A stretch of 64,000 bases of DNA. Origin: a virus. Position 1 is the first letter of the stretch; each line of letters opens with the position of its first letter. Location of the stretch: UHGV virus genome UHGV-0197549; one strand, 5' to 3'. The notes below the pieces were generated by a model that saw nothing but the letters and a program-made list of their open reading frames with translations, did not search any database and was not told where the DNA came from. This document shows, piece after piece, positions 39,785-50,397 of the stretch. The translations under genes and the position numbers were made by a program.

Positions 39785-41077
39785 ATGCAGGAAGAAAAAA
39801 ACAACGGCACAGCCACAGTTGTGCCCGCCGGTGAGCTGATGAACCTATTCTCAGCCGCACAGGAGAGTTACCAGGAAGCGCAGATACGAACTGCGGAAGA
39901 AAACAAAGGATTTTCCAGAACAGAATTTTTTAAACTTGACAAGCTCGGCACGTACAGGCTGCGCATACTCCCGGCCATCCCGTCAGCGGACGGAACCATT
40001 GACCGCAAGAGCTATGAGTGCCCGGTACACCAGATGCTGCTTGAGATCCAGAAGCCCTCTTCGGGAGGCAAAGCACAATCCGTTTATGTCAATGCGGTAC
40101 GCGCCACCGATGCGGGACTTCCGGTTGACATCATCGACACCTACCGGAAAGCGGCGGTGGCGGCAGCCAAGGAGGCGGGCGACGAGAAGCTGGCCGAGAA
40201 GATCGCGGGCGGCAACTATGGCGGTGGACTGAAATACTCCTACGCACACTGCGCCTACATCTTTGACCTGAACGAACGCGCCAAAGGGGTGCAGTTGCTC
40301 ACGCTAAGCCATTCGCAGTACAAGGAGCTGGACGACCGCAAGTTCAAGCTGTGGCAGAAGAAGCTGGCCAAGAACCCGGGCTACCCGTGCCCCATCTCTT
40401 CGATAAAGGATGCCTATCCGGTGGAGATCGAAAAGAAGAAGAACGGCCAGAAGACCGAGTATGTTATCTCCATTGACAACGAATCCGACACTGACGAGCT
40501 ATCCATCGAGGAACTGACCGCGCTCATGAACACCCCGCGACTGTCGGAAGCGGTGGTGCGTTACAGCCGTTATCAGTTCGGTGCTACCATCGAGTTCCTG
40601 AAACAATGCGACGTCAAGTACGGCTTGCAGATAATGGATACGGACGAGATGAAGGAAGCCATTGCCCAACTGGAGAAAGCGATTCCCAAGACGGATACAA
40701 GCTCGTTCTCCTTTGACAAGCGCAGCAAGGACGACAAGGAAACTGAGGAAAGCGGCGCGTTGTCCCTTGACATGCTGTTCGACCGCTTTGACGCGCTACA
40801 GGAGCAGTCGATGGGTGACAAGACCGAAGGCGGACAGGAACTGCGCGGAATGATACGCACCTTTATCGAACAGGAGAAACTGGACATCCGGGTGACCCGC
40901 ACCACTACCAATGCGGCACTGCTGGAGATGATCGAGAAGGAGATGCAGGGACCGGGGGAAGAACCGGAACCTTCCGCACCTTCGACAGATGCCGGCGAGC
41001 CCGAAACTCCGGTAGAAGAATCCGCCGCACCCACGGCGGCAGCGTCTGAAGAACCTACGCCCAGACGCCGGAGATAA
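39785..41077 (+). CDS. putative ssDNA-binding / recombination accessory protein
   Basis: About 430 aa with Cys/His clusters (YECPVHQ, YAHCAY, GYPCP) and an acidic Pro/Glu-rich tail. It lies directly upstream of the sbcDC-like genes. The function is inferred from context only. Confidence 0.25.
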   Translation: MQEEKNNGTATVVPAGELMNLFSAAQESYQEAQIRTAEENKGFSRTEFFKLDKLGTYRLRILPAIPSADGTIDRKSYECPVHQMLLEIQKPSSGGKAQSVYVNAVRATDAGLPVDIIDTYRKAAVAAAKEAGDEKLAEKIAGGNYGGGLKYSYAHCAYIFDLNERAKGVQLLTLSHSQYKELDDRKFKLWQKKLAKNPGYPCPISSIKDAYPVEIEKKKNGQKTEYVISIDNESDTDELSIEELTALMNTPRLSEAVVRYSRYQFGATIEFLKQCDVKYGLQIMDTDEMKEAIAQLEKAIPKTDTSSFSFDKRSKDDKETEESGALSLDMLFDRFDALQEQSMGDKTEGGQELRGMIRTFIEQEKLDIRVTRTTTNAALLEMIEKEMQGPGEEPEPSAPSTDAGEPETPVEESAAPTAAASEEPTPRRRR

Positions 41078-41139
41078 GCGATAATTTTTCCATCTGTAAG
41101 GGAGAGGCAAATGCCTTTCCCTTCCTAACTTATACCCTT

Positions 41140-42195
41140 ATGAATCAACATCAACCCTGTATGTTGTTGCTCAACGACATACATATATCCAAAGACAACA
41201 TCCCCGATTTTTCCCTGAACTGGAACGAAGCGCTATCACACTGCAAGCGTCTGGACATCCATACCATCGTACTGGGCGGAGACTTGTTCTTTTCACGCTC
41301 ATCACAGACGCTGGATGTGCTACTGGCTGTACATGATGCCTTATTAGCTGCCCGGAACATGAACATAGATGTCATTCTTGCCAATGGCAACCATGATTTA
41401 GTGAACCAGGAAGCCATACGCGGTTACTGCCATGTCTACGACCAACACGACAATGTGCTGGTGATTGACGAATACCATACCCTTTCCAACCCGGAGTGGA
41501 GTTTCATGCTCCATGTCATACCGTACTTTCCGGAAGACGGAAGCTTCACAGAGAAGCTGGATGAAGTCATTCAAAATGAGGTAAGCACCGGCAAGCTTAA
41601 CTACCTCTATATCCATGAAGGCGTCAATGGCGCACTTTCCCGTCCCGCTGAAAATGAACTGCCGGCAAATATCTTCGGTGACTTCGACAAGGTATTTGCA
41701 GGCCATTACCACAACCGTTGCACCGTGGCTCCCAATATCGAGTATATCGGCTCGGCGCGCCAGCATAACTTCGGTGAAGACGAGGAAAAAGGCTATACCG
41801 TCCTTTATGCCGACGGTACGACCGAATTTATAAAGAACCGTGCCAACAAGCGCTATATGGTGCTCGATGTCCCGGATGACAAGGTGGACATTCACCTGAC
41901 CGACCATCTGGAGGAACTCAGGGAAGACGGCAGGTACAAGGTAAAGGTACGTGTCCACTCGTCCCTCGCCGGTGCAGCCGCCATTGACAAGGATAAATTA
42001 CTGGAAGCCGGAGCGGGCAAGGTGGAAGTCGTTGTCGCGGAACTGCAAGCCGTCCGGTCTGCCGATGCGGGAGTACTGGAGAAGTTTGACGGCGGAAAGA
42101 TACGCGATAACTACCGCCAATTCTGCACGGAGAAAGGAATCAGTGATTGCCTGGGATTGTCTTACCTTAAACCGGACGCGTCATGTGGAAACTAA
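41140..42195 (+). CDS. sbcD: SbcD/Mre11-like nuclease (calcineurin-like phosphoesterase)
   Basis: 351 aa. Motifs LLLNDIHIS (D-x-H), VLGGDLF (GD), ILANGNHD (GNHD/E) and a later HYH are the characteristic metallophosphatase motifs. Confidence 0.7.
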   Translation: MNQHQPCMLLLNDIHISKDNIPDFSLNWNEALSHCKRLDIHTIVLGGDLFFSRSSQTLDVLLAVHDALLAARNMNIDVILANGNHDLVNQEAIRGYCHVYDQHDNVLVIDEYHTLSNPEWSFMLHVIPYFPEDGSFTEKLDEVIQNEVSTGKLNYLYIHEGVNGALSRPAENELPANIFGDFDKVFAGHYHNRCTVAPNIEYIGSARQHNFGEDEEKGYTVLYADGTTEFIKNRANKRYMVLDVPDDKVDIHLTDHLEELREDGRYKVKVRVHSSLAGAAAIDKDKLLEAGAGKVEVVVAELQAVRSADAGVLEKFDGGKIRDNYRQFCTEKGISDCLGLSYLKPDASCGN

Positions 42196-44516
42196 ATAAG
42201 ATCACCGCAGAGAATATCTGCTCGTTCAGCAACCTGCATTACGTACTGGACCAAGGCGTTACTACATTAGTATTCGGGCACAATCTGGACAATGACAGCC
42301 AGGGCTCCAACGGTTCGGGCAAGTCCGCATTGATAGAGTGCATCGCTACCGGCATCACGGGCAGCCCGTTGCGCAAGGTCAAGAATGAGGAAATTATCAA
42401 TGATGCCGCCGATGAGTGCAGCATTCAACTGGAGTTCTTCAATGACACTTCGGATGAGGTCTTTACCATTTTGCGACGCATCCTGCGTAAATGCGGTTCC
42501 ACGGTAGAGTGCCGGATTGAACGTGAAGGCAAGGCTGTGACAACCGATGAAGCGGTATGTCCCGGTATAGATGCCTATAACAAGTATATCCTTGAGAAGT
42601 TGGGCATTACCAAAGACGAACTCTATAATAACTATCTTCTTTCCAGACATAAATACCAGGACTTCCTTTCTTCTTCCGACAAGGACAAGAAGGAAATCAT
42701 CAACCGCTTTTCCAATGCCAGCCTTGTGGATATAGCCATGGAGAAGGTACTGGAAGACAAGAAGCCGGTGGATGAAGCGTTGCGCAAGGCGGAACTGGAA
42801 GTTGCCGGGCTGGACGGGCGCATTGAAATGCTGGCTGAACAGATTCTCAAAGAAGAGGATTCGGCTCAGGAAAAAGCACGCACGAAAGCCCAAAGGCTGG
42901 CGGATATGGAAAAGAGCATCGCCGGGAAGCGTTCCCTGATACGGGACTGCAACGAAGAGTTGGAAATCCTGAAAGCTTCCTATCAGGGGATTGAAAAAGC
43001 GGACAAACAGATGCAGGAACTGGAAAACGGCGAATCCTCCATCGGGGAGTGCCTGAAAGAAGTCACCGCCCTGCTCTCTCCCCTGCAATGCGGTTCATTA
43101 TCGGACTGGAACGGGATAATAACGGACAAGAAAGGCAGGATTGAAAAACTGAACGGGGAGCTTTCCGTTTGGGACACGGCTTTGGAGGAAGCGGAAAAGA
43201 AACTGCAAGAGGTAACACGGATGCGCAGCTCCCTGCTGGAAGAATACCGTGTCTTCTTTGAAAACTTTAAAGTAAAATCGGACGGATACGATGCAGAACT
43301 GGAGCGCATGGATAAGGATATAACAGCTCTTACCGGCCGTATCACTGAACTGGGCAAGCAAAGGGCTACTCTTACATCCGCTATTGAGAACCTGAAGAAC
43401 AAGCTGGCGGGGACAATCGTTTGCCCGGCCTGCCGCCACCCATTCATTTTATCAGATGAAAACTTCGATGTACAGGCTGCCCGTAAACAGGTGGAAGACA
43501 ACGAGACGGAAAAGGGAAAACTGGACAACCTGCTGACGGATTGCCGCAAACAATCGGAAAGCATTGAAGAATCGGAGAAGGATATACGTACAAGCAAGCG
43601 TGCCCTTGCCGGACAGAATACCGCCTGGGAGGAAAAGCTCCGGCAATCGGAAAAGTCCGGACGGGAAGCCTTGGGGATGCAGGAAGACGCCAGCCAGGGC
43701 AAGGAACGGATTCTCCGTTCGATAAACGCCATGCAAACCGAACTGGACGGCATCCGCCGCAAGCTTTTTGACGAGGCGTTCTCATTCCTGGACGACGCTT
43801 ACAGAAACGTCAAGCGGGAGAGCGACAACCGGAAGGAAGACATCAAAGCGGCGGAGAGCGCCATTCTGGTGCTGGAAAATACGATAAAGGAATTGAAGGA
43901 GTCTTCGGACGGCGATATTCTCGTCTCCCTGAAAGCCTCGCTCAAAGAGTACCGGAAGCGGTCATCGGCAGCGGTTGCCGCATTGGACAAGCTGGAGAAA
44001 CAGTCCGGAGAACTGATGCGCCAGGCGGAAGTCTTTTCACAGTTCAAGTCCTACCTTGCCAATAGCAAGATCGCGGCGCTGGCACAAGTTACGAACGAGT
44101 TCTTAGAGAGCATCGGCAGCGACATCCGCCTGCAACTCTCCGGCTTTACCACCCTGAAATCGGGAAAGGTACGCGAGAAAATATCGGTCAGCCTGTTGCG
44201 CTCCGGCATGGACTGCGGCTCTTTCGACAAGTTCTCCGAGGGGGAAAAGTGCCGGGTGAACCTCGCCACGATCCTTGCCATGCAGAAACTGGTGAACGGG
44301 AACTGCGAGGGGGACAAAGGGCTGGGCCTGATCGTACTGGATGAAATATTATCTCCGGTGGATGAGGACGGGCTGGCAAGCATGTTCGGAGCCCTGAACA
44401 AGTCCGGCATCACCGCACTGGTCGTATCGCACGGGAACATCAGCGAAAGCTACCCTTACAAGCTCATTATCAACAAACAGGATGGCAAATCCTATATCAA
44501 TCACCCAAACCAATAA
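42183..44516 (+). CDS. sbcC: SbcC/Rad50-like ATPase
   Basis: 777 aa. N-terminal Walker A GSNGSGKSALIE, a long central coiled coil containing a CPxC zinc hook (IVCPACRHPF), and C-terminal LIVLDE Walker B / D-loop. Confidence 0.75.
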   Translation: MWKLNKITAENICSFSNLHYVLDQGVTTLVFGHNLDNDSQGSNGSGKSALIECIATGITGSPLRKVKNEEIINDAADECSIQLEFFNDTSDEVFTILRRILRKCGSTVECRIEREGKAVTTDEAVCPGIDAYNKYILEKLGITKDELYNNYLLSRHKYQDFLSSSDKDKKEIINRFSNASLVDIAMEKVLEDKKPVDEALRKAELEVAGLDGRIEMLAEQILKEEDSAQEKARTKAQRLADMEKSIAGKRSLIRDCNEELEILKASYQGIEKADKQMQELENGESSIGECLKEVTALLSPLQCGSLSDWNGIITDKKGRIEKLNGELSVWDTALEEAEKKLQEVTRMRSSLLEEYRVFFENFKVKSDGYDAELERMDKDITALTGRITELGKQRATLTSAIENLKNKLAGTIVCPACRHPFILSDENFDVQAARKQVEDNETEKGKLDNLLTDCRKQSESIEESEKDIRTSKRALAGQNTAWEEKLRQSEKSGREALGMQEDASQGKERILRSINAMQTELDGIRRKLFDEAFSFLDDAYRNVKRESDNRKEDIKAAESAILVLENTIKELKESSDGDILVSLKASLKEYRKRSSAAVAALDKLEKQSGELMRQAEVFSQFKSYLANSKIAALAQVTNEFLESIGSDIRLQLSGFTTLKSGKVREKISVSLLRSGMDCGSFDKFSEGEKCRVNLATILAMQKLVNGNCEGDKGLGLIVLDEILSPVDEDGLASMFGALNKSGITALVVSHGNISESYPYKLIINKQDGKSYINHPNQ

Positions 44517-44521
44517 CCACT

Positions 44522-45010
44522 ATGAAAAAAGAAAAACCAAAAGCCGAAGAACTCAGGCGGGAGCATATACTGGCTCTCGACGTGGCTACCCTTTGCGGCT
44601 ATTACAGCGTGCATGAATCCGGCACGTGGAACTTCACCGAAGGCAAGCACCGAAACGACAACAAGCAACACCTCGCACTGAAGAACACGCTGACGGACTT
44701 TATCGTCAAATACGGCATCCGCCGGATTGTGACCGAGAACGTGTCGGTAAACAAGCACTTCTTCGACATGCGCAAGCTATCGGAGTTCCGGGGCGTATTG
44801 CTCTGCGTCTGTGACGAGCTGGATCTGCCCGAACCGGAGTTCATCAACCCGAAGGCGCTCAAGAAGTTCGCCACGGGCAACGGGAATGCCGGGAAACAGG
44901 AGATGGTGCAGGCTTACGTGCAGCGTTTTGGTCGGCAACCGCTGGATGACAACGAGGCGGACGCCGCCTGGCTATACCACTATTACATCAGCAAATACCG
45001 TATCAACTAA
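44522..45010 (+). CDS. RuvC-like Holliday junction resolvase
   Basis: 162 aa. ILALDVATLCGY (catalytic Asp in a D-x-A-like motif) and a later VTENV acidic motif. The fold assignment is from memory. Confidence 0.5.
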   Translation: MKKEKPKAEELRREHILALDVATLCGYYSVHESGTWNFTEGKHRNDNKQHLALKNTLTDFIVKYGIRRIVTENVSVNKHFFDMRKLSEFRGVLLCVCDELDLPEPEFINPKALKKFATGNGNAGKQEMVQAYVQRFGRQPLDDNEADAAWLYHYYISKYRIN

Positions 45011-45093
45011 ACCTTGGACATCTATGCAGAACAACCTTTATTTCAATGAATTGACAGCTACAGATTATATTCTGAAACTTAGCGGCTGTCACG

Positions 45094-45693
45094 ATGGGGA
45101 AGGCAAATAGCTCGCCTTACCTGACGGATGAAGAGTCCGTACGCACCCGCACGGCCCTGTTCCATAAATACGTTTACCCGTACCGGAACCTGATCTACCA
45201 CATCTGTATCAGGCAGACCCGTGACAAGGAGAATATCGACGACAACTACAACGAAGTGCTGATAAACTTCTTCAAATATGTCAGCTCTTATGACCCCCGG
45301 CGGGAAATAAAGACGTGGCTTTACGCGATTACCGTCAGGATGCTGGCGGACCTGGAACGGAAGAACAACCGGTTCACCCGCGAAGGGGACGTGGGGGCGA
45401 TGAGGATGGAACAGCTTCCCGATACACCCTGTACGGAAAGCATAACGCTCGAAAACTACCGGGACATGCTCGGCGATGAAGTGCTGGGAGCCCTGAAAGA
45501 AATCGGACCCCTGTACAGCGAGGCGCTCCTGTTGCAAGTGGAAGGATACAAGCTGGAAGAGATAACGGACATACTCTACCGGAGGGGATGTCTCAGGACA
45601 AGGAGTGTTGAAACGACCAAAAGCAGGATTTTCCTGGCAAAGAAGAAACTTAGAGAAAGGCTTACAAGAGATGGAAAACGAAAAGAAAACTAA
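45094..45693 (+). CDS. ECF-type sigma-70 family sigma factor (phage-encoded)
   Basis: 199 aa. The region-2-like segment F..YVSSYDPRREIKTWLYAITVRMLADLERK fits F..WL..I..N...D..R. The C-terminal region-4-like HTH is LEEITDILYRRGCLRTRSVETTKSRIFLAKKKL. Confidence 0.55.
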   Translation: MGKANSSPYLTDEESVRTRTALFHKYVYPYRNLIYHICIRQTRDKENIDDNYNEVLINFFKYVSSYDPRREIKTWLYAITVRMLADLERKNNRFTREGDVGAMRMEQLPDTPCTESITLENYRDMLGDEVLGALKEIGPLYSEALLLQVEGYKLEEITDILYRRGCLRTRSVETTKSRIFLAKKKLRERLTRDGKRKEN

Positions 45694-46276
45694 AGAGATG
45701 ATGAAGGTGTTCGCCTTCCTGATGAACCGGGTGTATCCCGGCTTTGCTTTTCCGGGAGGCGCCGCTTCCCGGCGGGCTGTGGCTTCCTGCCTCCGCTCCC
45801 TGGAAAGCTCCGGGCAGCCGGACGCGGAGCGCATGGTGGACTTCTGCGTCTGCCAGGTGTATGCCCTTTCCAACTTCGGGGAGGAATATAAGAACCGCTG
45901 GAGGGTGACCCATTCCTTCGGGAAAAAGGCACTCAGGCGTTACGCCGAATCCAAGCGGGAGGTGCGCTATTACGAGGACAAGTGGTTATACGGGAATGAG
46001 TTGAGCCGGGAGTTGCTGTGCGAGCTCATCCGTGACCGCACCTTCCACCCGCAGGCAAAGTTCATCTATCCACGGTATGAGGACCGGACGAAGAAAAGGC
46101 TGGTGGGGACGGCGTTAGGATATTACATCTGCGGCGCTTCCACGCTTCTGTGGACTCCCTTTTCCCCCGTTTGCACCGACTGTCCGAAAGCCGCCGCCTG
46201 TGAGCAAAGGACCCGTACCGCCTATCCGGAACTCTACCGTATCCGTGTGGAAGAATTTAAAGCGTCCCTGAAATGA
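45671..46276 (+). CDS. hypothetical Cys-containing protein
   Basis: About 200 aa from the internal ATG (the track ORF starts at 45605 and overlaps the sigma gene). Contains a CTDCPKAAAC cluster. Confidence 0.3.
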   Translation: MENEKKTKEMMKVFAFLMNRVYPGFAFPGGAASRRAVASCLRSLESSGQPDAERMVDFCVCQVYALSNFGEEYKNRWRVTHSFGKKALRRYAESKREVRYYEDKWLYGNELSRELLCELIRDRTFHPQAKFIYPRYEDRTKKRLVGTALGYYICGASTLLWTPFSPVCTDCPKAAACEQRTRTAYPELYRIRVEEFKASLK

Positions 46277-47631
46277 TGAAGGACGGAATGAACCCGATGT
46301 CCGTGGAGTTCCTTTACGAGCTGTTCGCCACCGCCCTGCACTCAGAGATGATCTGCGGGGTGGTGGCAAGGCACGTGAAGAAGGAATACCTGCCGGACAG
46401 GGCGTTCCAGAAAATACTCCTGGCCATTTCCACCCATTACCGGAATTATAAGGAACCGCCCTCGTATGCGGTGCTCAGCCAATTATTCAACGGCGACTAC
46501 GATACGATGGAACTGGTGAATACCTTTCAGGAAAGCGAGGGTGAGAAGAACTCGGAAGTATTGCTGGATATGCTGGAAGCCTATATCAAGGGGGTGCGCT
46601 TGCAGATGACCTACTCGGAAGTAGGCAAGCTGTACAACCTGAACAGGCAGCCGGAGGCGGAGGGGAAGCTGAAGGAGTACGCGGAGTGGTTGTCGGGCTT
46701 TACACTCAAGGCCACCGCCTTTGTGAACGTGGCGGAGACATTTACACAGCGTTTCTACCAGAACCGGCAGAAGGACATTGACAACCGGAACTCCCCGCTG
46801 GCTCCCGTTACCCGGTTTTATATCCCGGATCTGGATGTAATGAACAGCGGCAGGAACCTGCGGGGGCAACTAACTTGCTTCCTTGCCAGCACCGGCGTGG
46901 GCAAGTCGCATCTTGCCAAGCATATAGGTATCCGTGCCAACATTGACGACGGCCTGCATGTGCTTCATTTCCAACTGGAAGGCAGCGAGGAAGAGGCGCT
47001 GGACGCATACTCGGGAGGGCTTATCAGCAAGAACGCTTTCTACTATGAACGCGGCAGGATATCGGATACGGAGATGAAACACTTCGAGCAGCAGGTGGCG
47101 GCTTATAAGGGCAGCATCACCGTCCGTTCCTTCCCACGGTTCAATAGTAGAATCTCCACGCTGGATATCAAGAACGGGATAGCCGAATACAGGAAGCTCA
47201 ATGCCCGCTCACCGGACATTGTGATTATTGACTCAATGGACTTGCTGACGGATGCCAGCCGGAGAAACTGGGGGGAAGACCACGAACGGAGCAAACGCAT
47301 CGCCGTGGCGAACGACCTCAAGGACCTAGCGGCGGACGAAAAGGTCTGGATGGTGGTAACCTACCAGGCGACGATTGAAAACAGGGACTGGCTGAATGAC
47401 GAGAAAAACGTGCTCACAGAATACAACTGCTCGGAAAGCAAAGGGCTCGCACGCCCCTGTACGCACCTGATCTCCATGAACCAGTCCTCGGCGGAAAGAA
47501 AAGAGAACGTGATGCGCCTGCATGTCGCCAAAGCCCGGTTCTTCAAGAAGGGGGAAACGGTGAAGATAGCCACCGATTATGACAACGAGGTATTCTATGA
47601 CGCGCGGCGGAGTATGAACTTGAAAAGGTAA
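46273..47631 (+). CDS. DnaB-like replicative helicase (RecA-fold ATPase)
   Basis: 452 aa. Walker A LASTGVGKSHLAKHIG, Walker B VIIDSMDLL, and an N-terminal helical domain. Confidence 0.6.
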   Translation: MMKDGMNPMSVEFLYELFATALHSEMICGVVARHVKKEYLPDRAFQKILLAISTHYRNYKEPPSYAVLSQLFNGDYDTMELVNTFQESEGEKNSEVLLDMLEAYIKGVRLQMTYSEVGKLYNLNRQPEAEGKLKEYAEWLSGFTLKATAFVNVAETFTQRFYQNRQKDIDNRNSPLAPVTRFYIPDLDVMNSGRNLRGQLTCFLASTGVGKSHLAKHIGIRANIDDGLHVLHFQLEGSEEEALDAYSGGLISKNAFYYERGRISDTEMKHFEQQVAAYKGSITVRSFPRFNSRISTLDIKNGIAEYRKLNARSPDIVIIDSMDLLTDASRRNWGEDHERSKRIAVANDLKDLAADEKVWMVVTYQATIENRDWLNDEKNVLTEYNCSESKGLARPCTHLISMNQSSAERKENVMRLHVAKARFFKKGETVKIATDYDNEVFYDARRSMNLKR

Positions 47632-47638
47632 AACGAAT

Positions 47639-48679
47639 ATGGCGCTGTCCTTAAACGATACGGAGTTTCTCATCCGGGAGATTACCAAAGAACTGGATGC
47701 AAAGGCGGACGGTGCGGGAAAAAACCTGATTGCCCGGTGCCCCCGTTGCGGGAAAGAAGGAAAGTACGGTGTCTATGTAGGCAAAGAGACACAGCGGAAG
47801 AAGCCGTTCATGTCGCACTGTTTCAGTTGCGGATGTTCGACCTACACGCTGGAAGCATTGCTGGACTTTATAGGCAGGCCGGATTTGATGGTGGCTCCTA
47901 CGGCTGACATTGACGCCCGGCTGGATACGAACCTGCTGTTCCCGCTGGAGGAAGGTGAAGAGATAGACGACGCGCTGGGCGTGGTGGAACTGCCGGACTT
48001 TTACCGGAGATGCTTTACCCACCCTTATCTGAAATCCCGTGGGTTCACCTTCGATGACTACGAGTATTTTCCGGTGGGAACGACAAGGGGGCTCAACTTC
48101 CGCTACGATGATTATGTCGTCTTTCCCATTATTGACGAGGGTGATGTGGTGGGATACGTCTCACGCCACACTTGGAACAAGGACGAGATAGACAGGCATA
48201 ACAGCCGGGTAAGGCGCAAGGGCGGATACCGGATACTGCGTTTCAGGAACTCTACGGAGAACGACTTTGTAAAGCTGCTCTATAACTATGATGCGGTAAT
48301 TGAAGGCGTTACGGATACGGTAATCATCACGGAGGGGATATTCGACGTGATAGCATTAACAAGAAAACTGGAAATCTATGACAATAAACATGTGGCCGCG
48401 GTCGCCACCTTCGGAAAGAAGATATCCCGCACGCAGATTTACAAGCTGCAATGCAAAGGGGTAAAGACCGTAATACTGGGTTACGATGGAGACGCTGTTG
48501 AAGCCATAAAGAAGACAGCCGGTGAATTGAACGCTTACTTCCGGGTATTTATTGCCGACATACCGGATGCAGGAAAAGATTGGGAGGACCTCGGGGATGA
48601 AGAGATATACGGCATATTCTCTTACCGGTTGAGGACTCCCGCCGAGTACCGACTTTTAAAAGTTCAGGAATTAAAATGA
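47639..48679 (+). CDS. DnaG-like primase (zinc-binding + TOPRIM)
   Basis: 346 aa. CPRCGKEG...HCFSCGC zinc ribbon. The TOPRIM-like VIITEGIFDVIAL (E-G motif) and a later YDGD acidic motif. Confidence 0.6.
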   Translation: MALSLNDTEFLIREITKELDAKADGAGKNLIARCPRCGKEGKYGVYVGKETQRKKPFMSHCFSCGCSTYTLEALLDFIGRPDLMVAPTADIDARLDTNLLFPLEEGEEIDDALGVVELPDFYRRCFTHPYLKSRGFTFDDYEYFPVGTTRGLNFRYDDYVVFPIIDEGDVVGYVSRHTWNKDEIDRHNSRVRRKGGYRILRFRNSTENDFVKLLYNYDAVIEGVTDTVIITEGIFDVIALTRKLEIYDNKHVAAVATFGKKISRTQIYKLQCKGVKTVILGYDGDAVEAIKKTAGELNAYFRVFIADIPDAGKDWEDLGDEEIYGIFSYRLRTPAEYRLLKVQELK

Positions 48680-50397
48680 AAGAACTAATCAAATGGCTGG
48701 AAGCCAACAAAATCAAGTATCGACAGATAGACAATGAAGTAGTGGAGATGGAAGGATTGGGAAAGCTCTATGTGGCTGACCTGACGGAGGTGAGATCGGT
48801 GTTCCGGGTGACCGGTGAAGACATCCGGTTCAACCTGATGGAGAGCCCGGAGGTACTGGTTGCCGAGGGGATATTCCATGTGGCGTTCCCGTTCGGGGAC
48901 AACTGGTATTATTATAACCTGACCGAAGGGTTCCGGTTTAATATCCTCAAGTATGCGGGAGTACGGCAGCCTTGTAAAATGCAGGTACCTTTCGCGAATC
49001 TGGGCGTGCATACACCTTTTGAGTTGCTCAACGGTAGCGGAAGCATTGCCGACTGGGTACGGAAAGCGAAGTATCTGGGGCATACGGCACTGGGTATCTG
49101 TGATAAAAACACAATGGCGGCCACGCTGAATCTACAGAAGGAATGTGCGGCACAGGGAATGAAGCATGTATTCGGATATACGCTGGAAATGGAATACGAA
49201 GGGGAAAAGATAGGGATGAAAGTCTATGCGCAGACACAGCGGGGAATGAGGAACCTGTTGCGCATCCAGAAGGAAATCATGGTGGACTCGGACAACCGGA
49301 CGCTATCGCTTCAAGGACTGCTCACCCACGGGGAAGGCAATGTGCTGGTGCTGGGAAAACTCGCTTCCTACTGGATGAAGAAGAACCCGCATATCCTGGG
49401 AGCGATGGGGATTGCATTTGAAAAGGTGTTCTATCAGGTGGATTTGAGCGAATACAAGGCTGAACGTATCGACGTGGAAGTCCTGAAAGCTACCAAGTTC
49501 TTTTTTGATAATTTCTATGACCTACAGACCGGCTCATTTCAGATCGAACCCATTCTGCTTTGTGACACGTATTATCTGGACAAGGACGATGCACGCAACA
49601 AGATTATCCTCAATAAGATAGCTACCGGGGCGGCCCACCGGCAAAGTGACGACCAGTATTTCAAGGATATAGACGAACACTACGCACTGTTTACTTCTCT
49701 CTTTGACGGGAATAAGTGGGAGCTGGACAGCCTGTTCAGGGGGATGTGCGCCCATACGGTAGAAATTGCCGAGGGGGCGGTTGCCCGTTATGAGACGGAC
49801 AGGAACTTCATGCCGCAGTACGATATGACTGACAAGGAAAAACAGAGGTACGGTAACAGGCACCGGATGTTCCTTGAGTTGCTGGAGGAAGGATTCAGAA
49901 AGCTGGTTCCCGCCGGACAGGAAGATGAGTATCGCAAACGGCTGGACTACGAGGTGTATATCCTTGAATCCACCAATAATGTGGACTACATTCTGAATCA
50001 GTATGATACGGTGAACTGGGCACGGGAGAACGGTATTCTTGTGGGCTGTGGCCGTGGTTCGGCGGGCGGTTCACTGGTACTCTACCTGCTGGGTATCACA
50101 CTCATTGACCCGATTAAATACGATTTGATTTTCGAGCGTTTCCTGCTGCCTGAACGTGCGGGGCTTTATCCGGATGAGGTGACGATCATTGTTGGCGGAC
50201 TGGAATCCACAAAGATCGTGCATGTCACCTTAGCCAATGGCAAAGAGTATGTCTTTGACAAGGACGCCAAGTTCCGGGTGATGCGGGAAGGACGCAGCAT
50301 GATAGTCTATGCCGACGAGTTGAAGCTGGGCGATGACATCATCTTTGATAACAGGGATTTGGTATGGACACTTAATGAGACGGTTTATGGTTGTTAA
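48676..50397 (+). CDS. dnaE: DNA polymerase III alpha (DnaE) N-terminal fragment: PHP domain plus start of palm, ending in a Hint-like tail
   Basis: 573 aa. PHP motif LGVHTPFELLNGSGSI...GHTALGICDKNTMAA. The conserved GCGRGSAGGSLVLYLLGITLIDP...FERFLLPER block. The last ~79 aa (LYPDEVTIIVGG...YADELKLGDDII...) are not DnaE sequence and resemble the intein N-terminal A/B blocks. Confidence 0.75.
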   Translation: MKELIKWLEANKIKYRQIDNEVVEMEGLGKLYVADLTEVRSVFRVTGEDIRFNLMESPEVLVAEGIFHVAFPFGDNWYYYNLTEGFRFNILKYAGVRQPCKMQVPFANLGVHTPFELLNGSGSIADWVRKAKYLGHTALGICDKNTMAATLNLQKECAAQGMKHVFGYTLEMEYEGEKIGMKVYAQTQRGMRNLLRIQKEIMVDSDNRTLSLQGLLTHGEGNVLVLGKLASYWMKKNPHILGAMGIAFEKVFYQVDLSEYKAERIDVEVLKATKFFFDNFYDLQTGSFQIEPILLCDTYYLDKDDARNKIILNKIATGAAHRQSDDQYFKDIDEHYALFTSLFDGNKWELDSLFRGMCAHTVEIAEGAVARYETDRNFMPQYDMTDKEKQRYGNRHRMFLELLEEGFRKLVPAGQEDEYRKRLDYEVYILESTNNVDYILNQYDTVNWARENGILVGCGRGSAGGSLVLYLLGITLIDPIKYDLIFERFLLPERAGLYPDEVTIIVGGLESTKIVHVTLANGKEYVFDKDAKFRVMREGRSMIVYADELKLGDDIIFDNRDLVWTLNETVYGC

